This document shows positions 8,570-20,724 of a DNA stretch of 39,768 bases, piece by piece (position 1 is the first letter of the stretch; the number at the start of each line of letters is the position of its first letter). The notes below the pieces were generated by a model. That model had not been told where the DNA came from and made no database searches. It saw only the letters and a list, made by a program, of their open reading frames with translations. The translations under genes were made by a program, and so were the position numbers. This DNA comes from Anaeromyxobacter sp. RBG_16_69_14 (GTDB lineage: Bacteria > Myxococcota > Myxococcia > Myxococcales > Anaeromyxobacteraceae): contig MEMX01000070.1 in the NCBI GenBank assembly GCA_001768075.1, positions 174,637-214,404 on the forward strand, written 5' to 3'.

Positions 8570-9882
8570 TCGCCGTCCCGTTTCTTCCGCAGCGCAGCCA
8601 GCCGTTCCCGGAGCTCCTTCTCGAGCCCGCTCTCCGAGAGGCGCACCACCCGCTCGCCGCGGATCGCGTCGGGGAGGTACGTCTCCGCGACGTAGTGTCC
8701 CTCGAAGTCGTGCGGGTAGCGGTAGCCATCCCCGTAGCCGAGCCCTTCCATGAGCCGGGTGGGCGCGTTGCGGAGCCTCTTCGGGATCGGGAGCGGCCCC
8801 TTCTCCTTCACGAGCTGCCGGGCGGCGGCGTAGGCGGTGAGCGAGGTGTTCGACTTGGGGGCGAGCGCGAGGTAGATGGCCGCCTGGCTCATGGGGAGGA
8901 CCCCCTCGGGGAGGCCCACCAGCTCCACCGCCTGCAGCGCGTCCACGGTGACGCCGAGCGCGCGCGGGTCGGCGTTACCCACGTCCTCGCTCGCGAAGAT
9001 GACCATCCGGCGCAGGATGAAGCGCGGATCCTCGCCCGCCTCCAGCATCCGGACCATGTAGTAGACCGCGGCGTCGGGGTCGCTGCCGCGCAGCGACTTG
9101 ATGAAGGCGGAGACGACGTTGTAGTGCTCCTCTCCCGACTTGTCGTAGAGGAGGGCCTTGTGCTGGATTGCCTCCTCGGCGTCGGCGGGGAGGATCGCCT
9201 TCCGGCCGGCGAGGCGAACCGCCGCGGCCGCCACCTCCAGGGCGTTGAGCGCTCGCCGGGCGTCGCCGTACGCGTACCGCGCGAAGATCTCCCTCGCGCT
9301 ACCCTCGAGCGTGAGGTCGCCGCCCAGCCCCTGCGGCGAGGGCACTGCTCGATCGAGCAGCGTGGCTATCTCTTCCTCGGTGAGCGCCCTCAGGGTGATC
9401 ACGCGGCAGCGCGAGAGGAGCGCTGCGTTGATCTCGAAGGAGGGGTTCTCCGTGGTGGCCCCGACGAGCGTCAAGGCGCCCGACTCGACGTGCGGCAGGA
9501 AGGCGTCCTGCTGCGACTTCGTGAAGCGGTGGATCTCGTCCACGAAGAGGATGGTGCGCTGCCGCTGCATCCGGCGCCGGTCGCGGGCCGCCTGCACGAT
9601 CTCGCGGACCTCCTTCACGCCTCCCAGCACCGCGCTGAACGGGACGAAGAACGCCCCTGTGCGCCTGGCCACGATGCGCGCCAGGGTGGTCTTGCCGGTG
9701 CCGGGTGGACCCCAGAGGACCAGCGAGGGCACCTGGTCGGCCTCGATGGCGCGGCGGAGGGCGCTCGCGGGCCCGAGCACGTGCTCCTGCCCCACGAAGT
9801 CCGTGAGCGTCCGCGGCCGCAGCCGTTCCGCCAGCGGTTTCGAGGTTTCGTCCTTCTCGATCGCATGGTCGAAGAGGTCCAT
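8566..9882 (-). CDS. rarA: Replication-associated recombination protein A (AAA+ ATPase)
   Basis: PLAERLRP, GPPGTGKTT, DEIHRF, GATTENPSFE, SAFIKSLRGSDPDA, YRYPHD. True start is ATG 9882 (MDLFDH). Confidence 0.95.
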   Translation of the reverse strand: MDLFDHAIEKDETSKPLAERLRPRTLTDFVGQEHVLGPASALRRAIEADQVPSLVLWGPPGTGKTTLARIVARRTGAFFVPFSAVLGGVKEVREIVQAARDRRRMQRQRTILFVDEIHRFTKSQQDAFLPHVESGALTLVGATTENPSFEINAALLSRCRVITLRALTEEEIATLLDRAVPSPQGLGGDLTLEGSAREIFARYAYGDARRALNALEVAAAAVRLAGRKAILPADAEEAIQHKALLYDKSGEEHYNVVSAFIKSLRGSDPDAAVYYMVRMLEAGEDPRFILRRMVIFASEDVGNADPRALGVTVDALQAVELVGLPEGVLPMSQAAIYLALAPKSNTSLTAYAAARQLVKEKGPLPIPKRLRNAPTRLMEGLGYGDGYRYPHDFEGHYVAETYLPDAIRGERVVRLSESGLEKELRERLAALRKKRDGE

Positions 9883-9909
9883 CGCTCGACCCCTTATATA
9901 ATGACAGGG

Positions 9910-10752
9910 ATGGACCGCCAGCCCTGCCCCGTCCCGCGCCTCGTCGGCATCGTCCACAAGCGGAGTGCGCCGGCGGCGGCCGCGTGCGCGGCTGCCGTCT
10001 CGCAGTACCTCGTCTCGCGCGGGCTGGAGGTGTTCGAGGACGAAGGCGAGATCGCCCGGCGCGCCGACCTCGTCCTCGTCCTCGGCGGCGACGGCACGCT
10101 CATCCACGCGGCGCGCATCCTCGACGGCAGGCCAGCGCCCATCCTGGGCGTGAACATGGGGAGCCTCGGCTTCCTCACCGAGGTGCCGCAGGCGGAGCTC
10201 TACCAGGCGATCGAGCACGTCCTCTCGGGCAAGGCCGAGGTCACGAACCGCATGAAGCTGCGCGTGCACGTCCACCGCGGCATCGCCCCCGGGGCCAAGG
10301 TCGTCGACGGCGAGGTGCTGAACGACGCCGTCATGGCGAAGGGCACCCTCTCGCGCATGGCGGATTTCGAGGCCACCGCCGGGGGCAACTACGTCACGAG
10401 CTACAAGGCCGACGGGATCATCGTGGCGACTCCGACCGGCTCGACCGCCTATTCGCTGGCCGCGAATGGGCCCATCCTCTTCCCGTCCATGCGCGGGATG
10501 ATCCTGGCCCCCATATGCCCTCACACGCTCACACAGCGGCCGCTCGTGCTGCCCGACGACCAGACGGTCAACATCGTCCTCATCTCCGACAGCGAGGTGT
10601 TCCTCACCCTCGACGGTCAGAGCGGCGAGCAGCTCCAGCGCGGAGATCGCGTCCAGATCAAGCAGTCGCAGAACCGCGTCCAGCTCGTGTGCAATCCCAA
10701 CATCGACTACTTCGGGATCCTGAGGGCAAAGCTGAGGTGGGGAACGCGCTGA
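9910..10752 (+). CDS. nadK: NAD(+) kinase
   Basis: LGGDGT, GVNMGSLGFL, VLND, ADGIIVATPTGSTAYSL, PICPHTL. Start at ATG 9910 (alternative 9901). Confidence 0.95.
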   Translation: MDRQPCPVPRLVGIVHKRSAPAAAACAAAVSQYLVSRGLEVFEDEGEIARRADLVLVLGGDGTLIHAARILDGRPAPILGVNMGSLGFLTEVPQAELYQAIEHVLSGKAEVTNRMKLRVHVHRGIAPGAKVVDGEVLNDAVMAKGTLSRMADFEATAGGNYVTSYKADGIIVATPTGSTAYSLAANGPILFPSMRGMILAPICPHTLTQRPLVLPDDQTVNIVLISDSEVFLTLDGQSGEQLQRGDRVQIKQSQNRVQLVCNPNIDYFGILRAKLRWGTR

Positions 10753-10782
10753 CCTGATGGAGGGCTCGCCGAGATCCTGGGC

Positions 10783-11403
10783 TCACCGCGCCGTGGCGTC
10801 GAGTCGCAGCACCTCGACGATGTGATCCGAAGCGACGATCACCCGAAAGACGCCGCCGTTCGGGATCCCGTGCAGCGCCCAACCCGCCGACGAGGGCCCG
10901 GGAATCGAGGTGTGCTCGCCGAGAAGTGCGCGGATCGCCCCGCCATGCATGACGACGAGCGCGGGCGTCGCGAAGACCTCGGCGATTCGACGCATGGCCT
11001 CGCGGACGCGTGCGACGAGCGCCGGGTAGGACTCGCCGTCGGGAGGTGTGGTGCGCCAGTCGGCCACGTAGCGCGCCCACTCTTCGGGAAAACGCGCCGC
11101 GCTGTCGGTCCGCGTCAGCCCCTCGAAGCACCCGTAGTGCTGCTCACGAAGGTCGGGATCGGTGTGGATCCCGGTGATTCCGAGCGCCTCGGCGACGATC
11201 TCGGCCGTCGCGCGCGCGCGTGAGAGATCGCTGGACGCGATGGCCGCTATCCCCTCGCGCCGCATGCGTTCCGCGAGCGCGTGCGCCTGCGCGCTGCCGT
11301 TCGCGTTGAGCGGCACGTCGGTCTGCCCTTGCCACCGCCCCTCGGCGTTCCAGTCGGTCTCGCCGTGCCGGGCGAGGAAGAGGGTCCTCCGTGTGTCGCT
11401 CAC
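10783..11403 (-). CDS. Histidine phosphatase (phosphoglycerate mutase family)
   Basis: RHGETDWN, SSDLSRA, LRE and HGG motifs. GTG start at 11403 is coupled to the upstream stop (GTGA). Confidence 0.9.
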   Translation of the reverse strand: MSDTRRTLFLARHGETDWNAEGRWQGQTDVPLNANGSAQAHALAERMRREGIAAIASSDLSRARATAEIVAEALGITGIHTDPDLREQHYGCFEGLTRTDSAARFPEEWARYVADWRTTPPDGESYPALVARVREAMRRIAEVFATPALVVMHGGAIRALLGEHTSIPGPSSAGWALHGIPNGGVFRVIVASDHIVEVLRLDATAR

Positions 11404-12338
11404 TGAAAGGCATCCTGCTTGGGCATCCCTGGACCCGCGCGCAAGGAGTTGCGCAGCCGGGCCGCGTTGGCCGGCAAGGGCTGCGTCGCGCGAATGAAAT
11501 CGAGCAGGACCCGGGCGAAGCGCTCGGGGTCGTCGAGGTGCGGATAGTGTCCCGCGGCAGGGAAGATCTCGATCCGGCTCCAGGGCATCAGGTCGTGGGC
11601 GCGCTGGGCATGGGCGACCGGGATCAGCGAGTCCCGTTCCCCCCAGATCACCATCGTGGGGAGCTCGGCGGCCAGGTAGAGCCTCTGGGTCGCGCTGATG
11701 CGCTGGCCGCGGAGGTCGATGACGCCCTTCACGGTCTGGAGGAAGGCCTTGCGCGCCGCGGGCTCCTCGAGCGCGACGAAGTTGCGCCACGTCTCTCCGA
11801 AGTCGGTGCTCGCCCGGAAGCCGAACCTGCCCATCGTCTTCACCAGCATCCCGATGGTGCGGGTCCCGGCTACCCTGACCCAGGGGAGCAACACGTCGGC
11901 GCCGGGGATCACCGCGGCCCTGAGGATCGGATGCACCTCGCGGCCCAGGCCGCCCGCGGCGACGAGGACCAGCCGCTCGCAGCGCTCGGGGAACTGGTAG
12001 ACGAACTGCATGGCCACTCCGCCACCCAGGGAGTGACCGACGATGGTGCAGCGGTCGTGGCCGAGCGCCTCGAGGAGGTCGCGGACCAGGTTCGCATAGG
12101 CCCCCAGGGAGTAGTCACCGGGCGGCTTGGCCGACTTGCCGTGGCCGAGGAGATCGGGGGCGATCACCGTGTGGTGGCCGGCGAGGCGCGGGATCACCTC
12201 TTCCCAGGTAGCCGAGCTCGCCGCGATGCCGTGGAGCAGGATCACGAGCGAGCCGCTGCCAGCGGTGCGATAGGTGTAGCGCTGGCCGTGCAGCTCGATC
12301 TCGCGCCGTTCGACGCGCTGGGCCGGCGGCGTGCTCAT
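11400..12338 (-). CDS. Alpha/beta fold hydrolase
   Basis: LLHGI, DLLGHG, GHSLGG, WGERD and GHYPH catalytic triad motifs. Start approximate (12338 or 12344). Confidence 0.9.
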   Translation of the reverse strand: MSTPPAQRVERREIELHGQRYTYRTAGSGSLVILLHGIAASSATWEEVIPRLAGHHTVIAPDLLGHGKSAKPPGDYSLGAYANLVRDLLEALGHDRCTIVGHSLGGGVAMQFVYQFPERCERLVLVAAGGLGREVHPILRAAVIPGADVLLPWVRVAGTRTIGMLVKTMGRFGFRASTDFGETWRNFVALEEPAARKAFLQTVKGVIDLRGQRISATQRLYLAAELPTMVIWGERDSLIPVAHAQRAHDLMPWSRIEIFPAAGHYPHLDDPERFARVLLDFIRATQPLPANAARLRNSLRAGPGMPKQDAFQ

Positions 12339-12480
12339 CGGCATCCTCGAACACATGGCGCGAAGGGTCGCTCCGCGCAAGCGCCACGAGAGATCGGTCC
12401 ATTGTCGCATCCCCTCATCTTTTCCGAGCCCGAGCCCGAGCACGATAGCGGAGAGGGGATACCTCAGGATCGATGCCGAT

Positions 12481-12520
12481 TACTGAAAACTTGCGCAGTG
12501 TCGTACCCTGGGCGCATAGT
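12481..12520 (+). promoter_or_regulatory. Putative recN promoter with an overlapping LexA-like box
   Basis: TACTGAAAACTTGCGCAGTG (CTG-N10-CAG) overlaps TTGCGC-N18-CATAGT; ATG follows 6 nt after the -10. Confidence 0.45.
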
Positions 12521-12526
12521 GCGCCC

Positions 12527-14467
12527 ATGCTGACGACGCTGCGCATCTCCGGGTTCGCGATCGTCGACCAGGTCGAGGTCGGATTCGGGTCAGGTCTGAA
12601 CGTCCTCACTGGCGAGACGGGCGCCGGGAAGTCGATCCTGCTCGAGGCGCTCCACCTGGTCCTCGGTGGACGCATGAGCGCGGACGTGTTGCGCGAGGGA
12701 GTCAGCGAGGCCACCGTCGAGGCGCTCTTCGAGCTTCCCCCCGACCATCCGGTGGCCGCGCGTCTGGCAGCGGGAGGTGTGCCGATGGGTGCCGGCTCGA
12801 CCGAGGTCCTCGTCCGCCGTACTGCGTCCCGCAGCGGGCGGGGGCGCGCCTTCGTGAATGGCGTGCTCTGCACCGTCTCGATGCTGGAGGCGTCGCTGCG
12901 CGGTCTCGTGGACGTCACCGGTCAGCACGAGCACGTGGCGCTCCTCGACGAGGCCACCCACCTGGCGCTGCTGGACGCCCATGCCGCCGGGGGACAAACC
13001 CCGGCCCTACCAGGCGGACAGACCGCTGGCTCGCCCGGGGGACGAGCCCTCGCCCTACCGACGGGGCAGACCGCCGCTCTATTTGAAGTGGAGGCGCCCG
13101 CCCCACCTGAGAGGCAAACGTCCGACCCGTACCCGGGTAGGGCAAACGACGGCACCATCCTCGAGCGGTATCGCTCGGCGTACGCGGTGCTCGCCGCGGC
13201 CGTCCGCGAGCGGGACGCGCTCCTCTTGGCACGCGAGGAGCGGGCCCGGCGGGCCGATTACCTCGCCTACCAGCTCCGCGAGCTGGAGGCGGCGGAGCCG
13301 CGCCCCGGCGAGGACGCCGAGCTGGAGCGCGAGCGGCAGGCGCTCGCCGGTGCGGAGAAGTTGCGGGGGGCTGCGCAGACTGCGGAAGCCCTCGTCTATG
13401 GCGACGAGGGGAGCGCCGCGGAGCACCTCGGTCGAGCGACGCGTGCGCTCGGCGAGGTGGCCGCGCTCGACGCGCGGCTCGACCCGGCGCTCTTGCTCCT
13501 GCGCTCGGCGCTCGCCGAGGCGCAGGAGGCGGGAAGGGCCCTGGCGAGCTACTGCGACGCGTCAGGCGGCGATCCCGCCCGCCTCCGCGAGCGCCTCAGC
13601 GAGATTGAAGAGAGGCTCGAGTTGCTGAGGGCCCTGGCGCGCAAGCACGGTGGCAGCCTCGAGGCGGCGCTCGCGAGGGCAGATGCCATGCGCGCGGAGC
13701 TTGCGTCCGTGGAGAGTAGCGCAGAGCGCCTGGAGCGCCTCGAGGCGGAGATCGCCGAGGCAGGGAGACAGGCGGTCGGGCTCGCGCGTGCTCTCTCCCG
13801 GGTGCGTGCGGAGACGGCGCGCGCTTTTGCGCGCGACGTGCGCCGAGAGCTGGAGGCTCTCGCCATGGGCCGATGCCTGGTCGATGTGGCGTTTCTGCCA
13901 CCGGAGAACGCGCTCCTACACGCAGGCGTGGCGCTCGGCCCGGACGGCGCGGAGCGCGCGCAGATCCTGCTGGCGCCAAATCCGGGCGAGCCCGCGCGGC
14001 CACTCGCGCGCATCGCGTCGGGCGGGGAGCTCTCGCGGGTGCTCCTTGCCGTGAAGCGAAGCCTCGCACGTGCCGACCCGGTCGGGACCTACGTCTTCGA
14101 CGAGGTGGACTCGGGCATCGGCGGTGGCGTGGCGGAGGCGGTGGGGCGACTCATCTCGGAGGTCTCGCGCGAGCGACAGGTGATCTGCGTCACGCACCTG
14201 CCCCAAGTGGCGGCCTTCGCCGATCGCCATCTCAGGGTCAGCAAGCGGGTCCAGGGCAAGAGGACCTCCGCTTCGGTCGTCGCGCTCGAATCGAAGGACG
14301 AGCGCAAGGCGGAGGTGGCTCGCATGCTCGCCGGGTTCACGCTGACCGACTCGGCGCTCGAGCACGCAGGGGCGCTCATCGCGGCAGCGCGGTCCGCTCC
14401 TGCCTGTGCACTGCACGGCCACAGGGCGATTCCGGCGCGCGGTGCAGCGCGTCGAGCGGGGAGGTAG
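12527..14467 (+). CDS. recN: DNA repair protein RecN
   Basis: LTGETGAGKS Walker A, GQHE Q-loop, ASGGELSR signature, VFDEVDSG Walker B, VTHLPQVAA. Confidence 0.96.
   Translation: MLTTLRISGFAIVDQVEVGFGSGLNVLTGETGAGKSILLEALHLVLGGRMSADVLREGVSEATVEALFELPPDHPVAARLAAGGVPMGAGSTEVLVRRTASRSGRGRAFVNGVLCTVSMLEASLRGLVDVTGQHEHVALLDEATHLALLDAHAAGGQTPALPGGQTAGSPGGRALALPTGQTAALFEVEAPAPPERQTSDPYPGRANDGTILERYRSAYAVLAAAVRERDALLLAREERARRADYLAYQLRELEAAEPRPGEDAELERERQALAGAEKLRGAAQTAEALVYGDEGSAAEHLGRATRALGEVAALDARLDPALLLLRSALAEAQEAGRALASYCDASGGDPARLRERLSEIEERLELLRALARKHGGSLEAALARADAMRAELASVESSAERLERLEAEIAEAGRQAVGLARALSRVRAETARAFARDVRRELEALAMGRCLVDVAFLPPENALLHAGVALGPDGAERAQILLAPNPGEPARPLARIASGGELSRVLLAVKRSLARADPVGTYVFDEVDSGIGGGVAEAVGRLISEVSRERQVICVTHLPQVAAFADRHLRVSKRVQGKRTSASVVALESKDERKAEVARMLAGFTLTDSALEHAGALIAAARSAPACALHGHRAIPARGAARRAGR
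12989..13132 (+). repeat. Degenerate 24-bp (8-aa) tandem repeat inserted in recN
   Basis: GGQTPALP / GGQTAGSP / GGRALALP / TGQTAALF / EVEAPAPP / ERQTSDPY; several CTA/CCA codons that are rare elsewhere in the window. Confidence 0.7.
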
Positions 14468-14524
14468 GATGTGTGTCTCCGTTCGCATCGGGTGAACGAT
14501 TCGTGAGTTGGTCGTCTCAGGTCG

Positions 14525-14554
14525 TTGACCCGTCGTATCGGGGGTTGATACGAT
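14525..14554 (+). promoter_or_regulatory. Putative sigma70 promoter of the PP2C gene with an internal inverted repeat
   Basis: TTGACC-N18-TACGAT with TGn extension; TCGTATC-N7-GATACGA at 14533-14553. Confidence 0.5.
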
Positions 14555-14587
14555 CTACATCGTGCAGAAGACCGGTGCTCTATCCCC

Positions 14588-15343
14588 ATGAACATCGCGG
14601 CCCGGGGCCAGACGGACGTCGGCCGGAAGCGAGATCACAACGAGGACTCGTTCCTGGTGGACGAGGATCTGGGGTTGTACCTCGTGGCCGATGGCATGGG
14701 CGGGCACGCGGGCGGCGGGACTGCCTCGCGGATCGCAGTCCAGACCATTCGCGCCAGCCTGCAGACGGCGCGCGAGGCGGATCCGGAGCTCTTCAGCCGC
14801 CTCGGGGCGTTGGAGGAGAGTCCGCTGCGCGAGGTGCTGCGCGAGGCAGTGGAGACCGCCTGCCAGAGGATATATCAGGCTGCGCAGAGCGACCCTTCCC
14901 TGGCGGGCATGGGCACGACCGTGACCGCCGCTGTCCTCGCGGGATCCAACACTTTCGTGGCTCATGTCGGCGACAGTCGCTGCTATATCGCCCGAAAAGG
15001 GCACATCTATCAGGTCTCGGAAGACCATTCGCTCGTCAACGAGCAGCTCAAGGCGGGTGCGATAACCCCGGAAGAGGCGCGCAACAGCCGGTTCAAGAAC
15101 ATCATCACCCGTTCGGTCGGCTTCGAGGCCGACGTCACGGTCGACATGATGGGGCTCGAGCTCGAACCAGGAGATCGGCTCGTCATCTGTTGCGACGGCC
15201 TCTCGAACCTGGTGGACGACGAGGAGATCCTGGAGATCGTCACCCAGATCCCGCTGGAGGCCGCGCCCGAGAGGCTCATCGAGCTCGCGAACGATCGCGG
15301 CGGCGATGACAACATCACCGCCATCGTGATCCAGGTGTCCTAG
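14588..15343 (+). CDS. PP2C/Stp1-family Ser/Thr protein phosphatase
   Basis: RDHNED, VADGMGG, GMGTT, HVGDSR, SEDHS, CCDGLS, GGDDNIT. Confidence 0.95.
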   Translation: MNIAARGQTDVGRKRDHNEDSFLVDEDLGLYLVADGMGGHAGGGTASRIAVQTIRASLQTAREADPELFSRLGALEESPLREVLREAVETACQRIYQAAQSDPSLAGMGTTVTAAVLAGSNTFVAHVGDSRCYIARKGHIYQVSEDHSLVNEQLKAGAITPEEARNSRFKNIITRSVGFEADVTVDMMGLELEPGDRLVICCDGLSNLVDDEEILEIVTQIPLEAAPERLIELANDRGGDDNITAIVIQVS

Positions 15344-15450
15344 GGTATGGCCTCATCCCGGCACCGCACGGTCGATTCCAGGGGTCGTCGGGCTGCAGGG
15401 GCCGCTGTGCGGAGAGGTGCGCGCTAGATTCGCGGCCTCGATACTTCTCG

Positions 15451-15480
15451 TTGACACCTCTGAAGGGGCGATGCTAACCG
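15451..15480 (+). promoter_or_regulatory. Putative sigma70 promoter upstream of the M23 peptidase and secA
   Basis: TTGACA-N18-TAACCG with TGn extension. Confidence 0.45.
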
Positions 15481-15579
15481 TGTACCGAAACGTGGTTCGC
15501 GGTGATCCGCTCTTCCCGGCGTGCGCCTGCGCCCCTAGCTTTGCGCGGATGCTCGTGAAGCCCTAGGGACGGTAAGGGG

Positions 15580-16494
15580 ATGCCGGCACCTCAGAGAACT
15601 CAACAATACACCGTCATCGTGGTCAGCGACCACTCGCAGGCAGTTCGCAAGTTTCGCCTGTTGAGGCGCTCGGTGACGAATGGTGCGGCAGCGCTCGGCG
15701 CTCTCGCCCTGGTCGGGCTCATCACTGGTGGTCACTATTTCTCTCTGCTCGGGGTCGGATCCGAGAACCGCGTGCTCAAGGAGGAGAACGCACAGCTTCG
15801 CTCGCAGGTCCTCCTCGTGCAGGAGAAGGTCGCCCACATCTCGGCGACCCTCGATCGGGTGGAGCGGTTCGACGCGAAGCTCCGTACGGCGGTGACGCAG
15901 CTTCAGGATCCGGAGCGGAATCTGGCCATCGGTCCGGTCGGCAAGCCCGACGAGCCGGGCATTCCCGGTCCGGGGCCGGCGGCGCAGGAGAACCTCTCCG
16001 CGCTGCCCTCGCGCCTCGCCACCCTGGAGACGGAGGCATCGCGCCAGGAGTCCTCGCTCCGCGAGCTGCAAGAGTACTTCGACGACCAGAAGTCGCTCCT
16101 GGCCTCCACCCCGTCGCTGTGGCCGACGCGTGGCTGGGTGACCTCCGACTTCGGGGTGCGCCTCGACCCCTACAGTGCCGAGCGCCTGATGCACCATGGG
16201 CTCGACATCGCGACACCGCGTGGGCAGGCGATCTACGCACCTTCGGATGGCACGGTCGTGTTCTCCGGTACCGAGGGCGGATACGGGAAGGTACTGGTCA
16301 TCGACCATGGCTACGGCGTGAAGACGCGCTACGGCCATCTCTCCGAGATCTTCGTGAAGCTCGGCAACCAGGTGAAGCGCGGCGCGCGGGTGGCTGCAGT
16401 CGGAAACACCGGGCGCTCGACCGGCCCACACCTGCACTACGAGGTGCGGGTGAACGGGATCCCGGAGAACCCCAGGAAGTTCATCCTGGAGTAG
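15580..16494 (+). CDS. M23 family metallopeptidase with N-terminal TM helix and coiled coil
   Basis: HHGLDIA (HxxxD), TRYGHL and TGRSTGPHLHYEV (HxH). Confidence 0.93.
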   Translation: MPAPQRTQQYTVIVVSDHSQAVRKFRLLRRSVTNGAAALGALALVGLITGGHYFSLLGVGSENRVLKEENAQLRSQVLLVQEKVAHISATLDRVERFDAKLRTAVTQLQDPERNLAIGPVGKPDEPGIPGPGPAAQENLSALPSRLATLETEASRQESSLRELQEYFDDQKSLLASTPSLWPTRGWVTSDFGVRLDPYSAERLMHHGLDIATPRGQAIYAPSDGTVVFSGTEGGYGKVLVIDHGYGVKTRYGHLSEIFVKLGNQVKRGARVAAVGNTGRSTGPHLHYEVRVNGIPENPRKFILE

Positions 16495-16768
16495 GGCAGG
16501 GGCTCGTCCCCGCCAGGAGAGGGCTGGCGGGGTTGCGCTCCCGCGTCCCCGTTCGCATTTGCTTTCATCTGGCGATGCATTACCTAAGGGGGTAGGTTCC
16601 GGTCCTCCGGGTAGGCGCCGGGCTGGCCGCAGCTCGATTTCGGCCCGGCGGGTGCGCTGACGGCTTGGCAGACGACCCGACGGTAGCGTTCGCGGGCGCT
16701 TGCGCCGGAATACCAGGGTGCGAGCGCTCGTCGTCTCTGGACGCCGCGCGAACACGAGGGAACGCCGG

Positions 16769-19597
<2,829 letters not shown>

Positions 19598-19672
19598 CTG
19601 CCCGCTCAGGACTGGGGCAACCCACCTCCCCTCTCGATGCCTGTTGTTGAGCAACCTTTGCGCGTGGTCGCG

Positions 19673-20698
19673 TCATGACCCGTCTCGAGGTTGCATCCCT
19701 GGACCCTCGTGGCGGTGCTCGGTTGGCGATCGCCCCGTCCAGCGCTTGAAGGCGCGAGCAAATGCGCTCTGCTCGGAGAATCCGAGCAGCCAGCTCACTT
19801 CGGCGAGCGACACGTCTCCCGCGCTCAGGAAGACCTGCGCCCTCTCGCGCCGGACCGCGTCCGTCAGCTCTCCGAATGTGGTCTTCCGCGCCTCGAGGGA
19901 TCGCTGCAGCGACCGCCGGCTCGTCCCGATCCGGCGAGCCACGGCCGCGAGCGACGGGCGCACGCCCGGGAGCTCGACCGCGATGGCGAGGCGGACCCGG
20001 GCGACGAGGTCTGCGCCCGCCGGGTCGCGGTCGAGCAGAAGGCGCGCGTGGGCGTCGAGGAGCGCGAAGAGCTCAGGATCCCCCGCGCGCGCCGGGAGCT
20101 CCCAAGCGTCGCGAGAGAAGGTCACCGCGGCGGAATCGGCGTCGAAGCGTGGTCGGACGCGGAAGAGGCGAACGTGTTCTCCGACGTTGTCGGGGCGCGC
20201 GAAGGTGAATCTGACGCCGAGCGGGTCCCACGGCTGGGCCGTCACCTCGCGGGCGCGCAGCACCAGGATGGCCAGCGTGAACTCCTGCGCCGCTGCGGGG
20301 ACCGGCGTCCCATCCACCGCACTGAACACCAGGCCCACCTGGTCGCCTGACTCCTCCACGCGCAGGTCACCGCGAGGATCGATCAGGCGGAAGTAGGCGG
20401 CCACGCGCCGCAGTCCGTCGCCTAGCGTCGGCCCGGTCGTGCCGAGGTAGTCGAGGACGCGGTAGGCGCCGAAGCGGGCCGCCTCCGCCGCGTGCAGCGC
20501 GAGGTGCGGATCCCGTGCGGTGGCGTAGGCCTCACGCCAGAGCGCGTCCGAAGCTGCGGCAGGCACCCGAGTTTCGGGATCCCGGAGCGCGTCCCAGCCC
20601 AGTCCAGCGCGCGCCAGAATGGCGCCGGCGTCGAGCCCGAGGCGGCCGCAGGCTTCAAGGAGCGCGCGGCACGCGACCGGCGCCACGAGCGGGACCAT
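19673..20698 (-). CDS. AraC family transcriptional regulator (OruR/VqsM-like N-terminal domain)
   Basis: C-terminal SRRSLQRSL and LLGFSEQSAFARAFKRWTG double HTH. Confidence 0.92.
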   Translation of the reverse strand: MVPLVAPVACRALLEACGRLGLDAGAILARAGLGWDALRDPETRVPAAASDALWREAYATARDPHLALHAAEAARFGAYRVLDYLGTTGPTLGDGLRRVAAYFRLIDPRGDLRVEESGDQVGLVFSAVDGTPVPAAAQEFTLAILVLRAREVTAQPWDPLGVRFTFARPDNVGEHVRLFRVRPRFDADSAAVTFSRDAWELPARAGDPELFALLDAHARLLLDRDPAGADLVARVRLAIAVELPGVRPSLAAVARRIGTSRRSLQRSLEARKTTFGELTDAVRRERAQVFLSAGDVSLAEVSWLLGFSEQSAFARAFKRWTGRSPTEHRHEGPGMQPRDGS

Positions 20699-20724
20699 GG
20701 CGCCAGGCTATCACGCTCGCCGCC

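Noticed and set aside
8695-10524. Apparent long N-terminal extensions making rarA and nadK overlap extensively
   Set aside because: The extensions are antisense read-through of each other; family motifs begin at 9882 and 9910.
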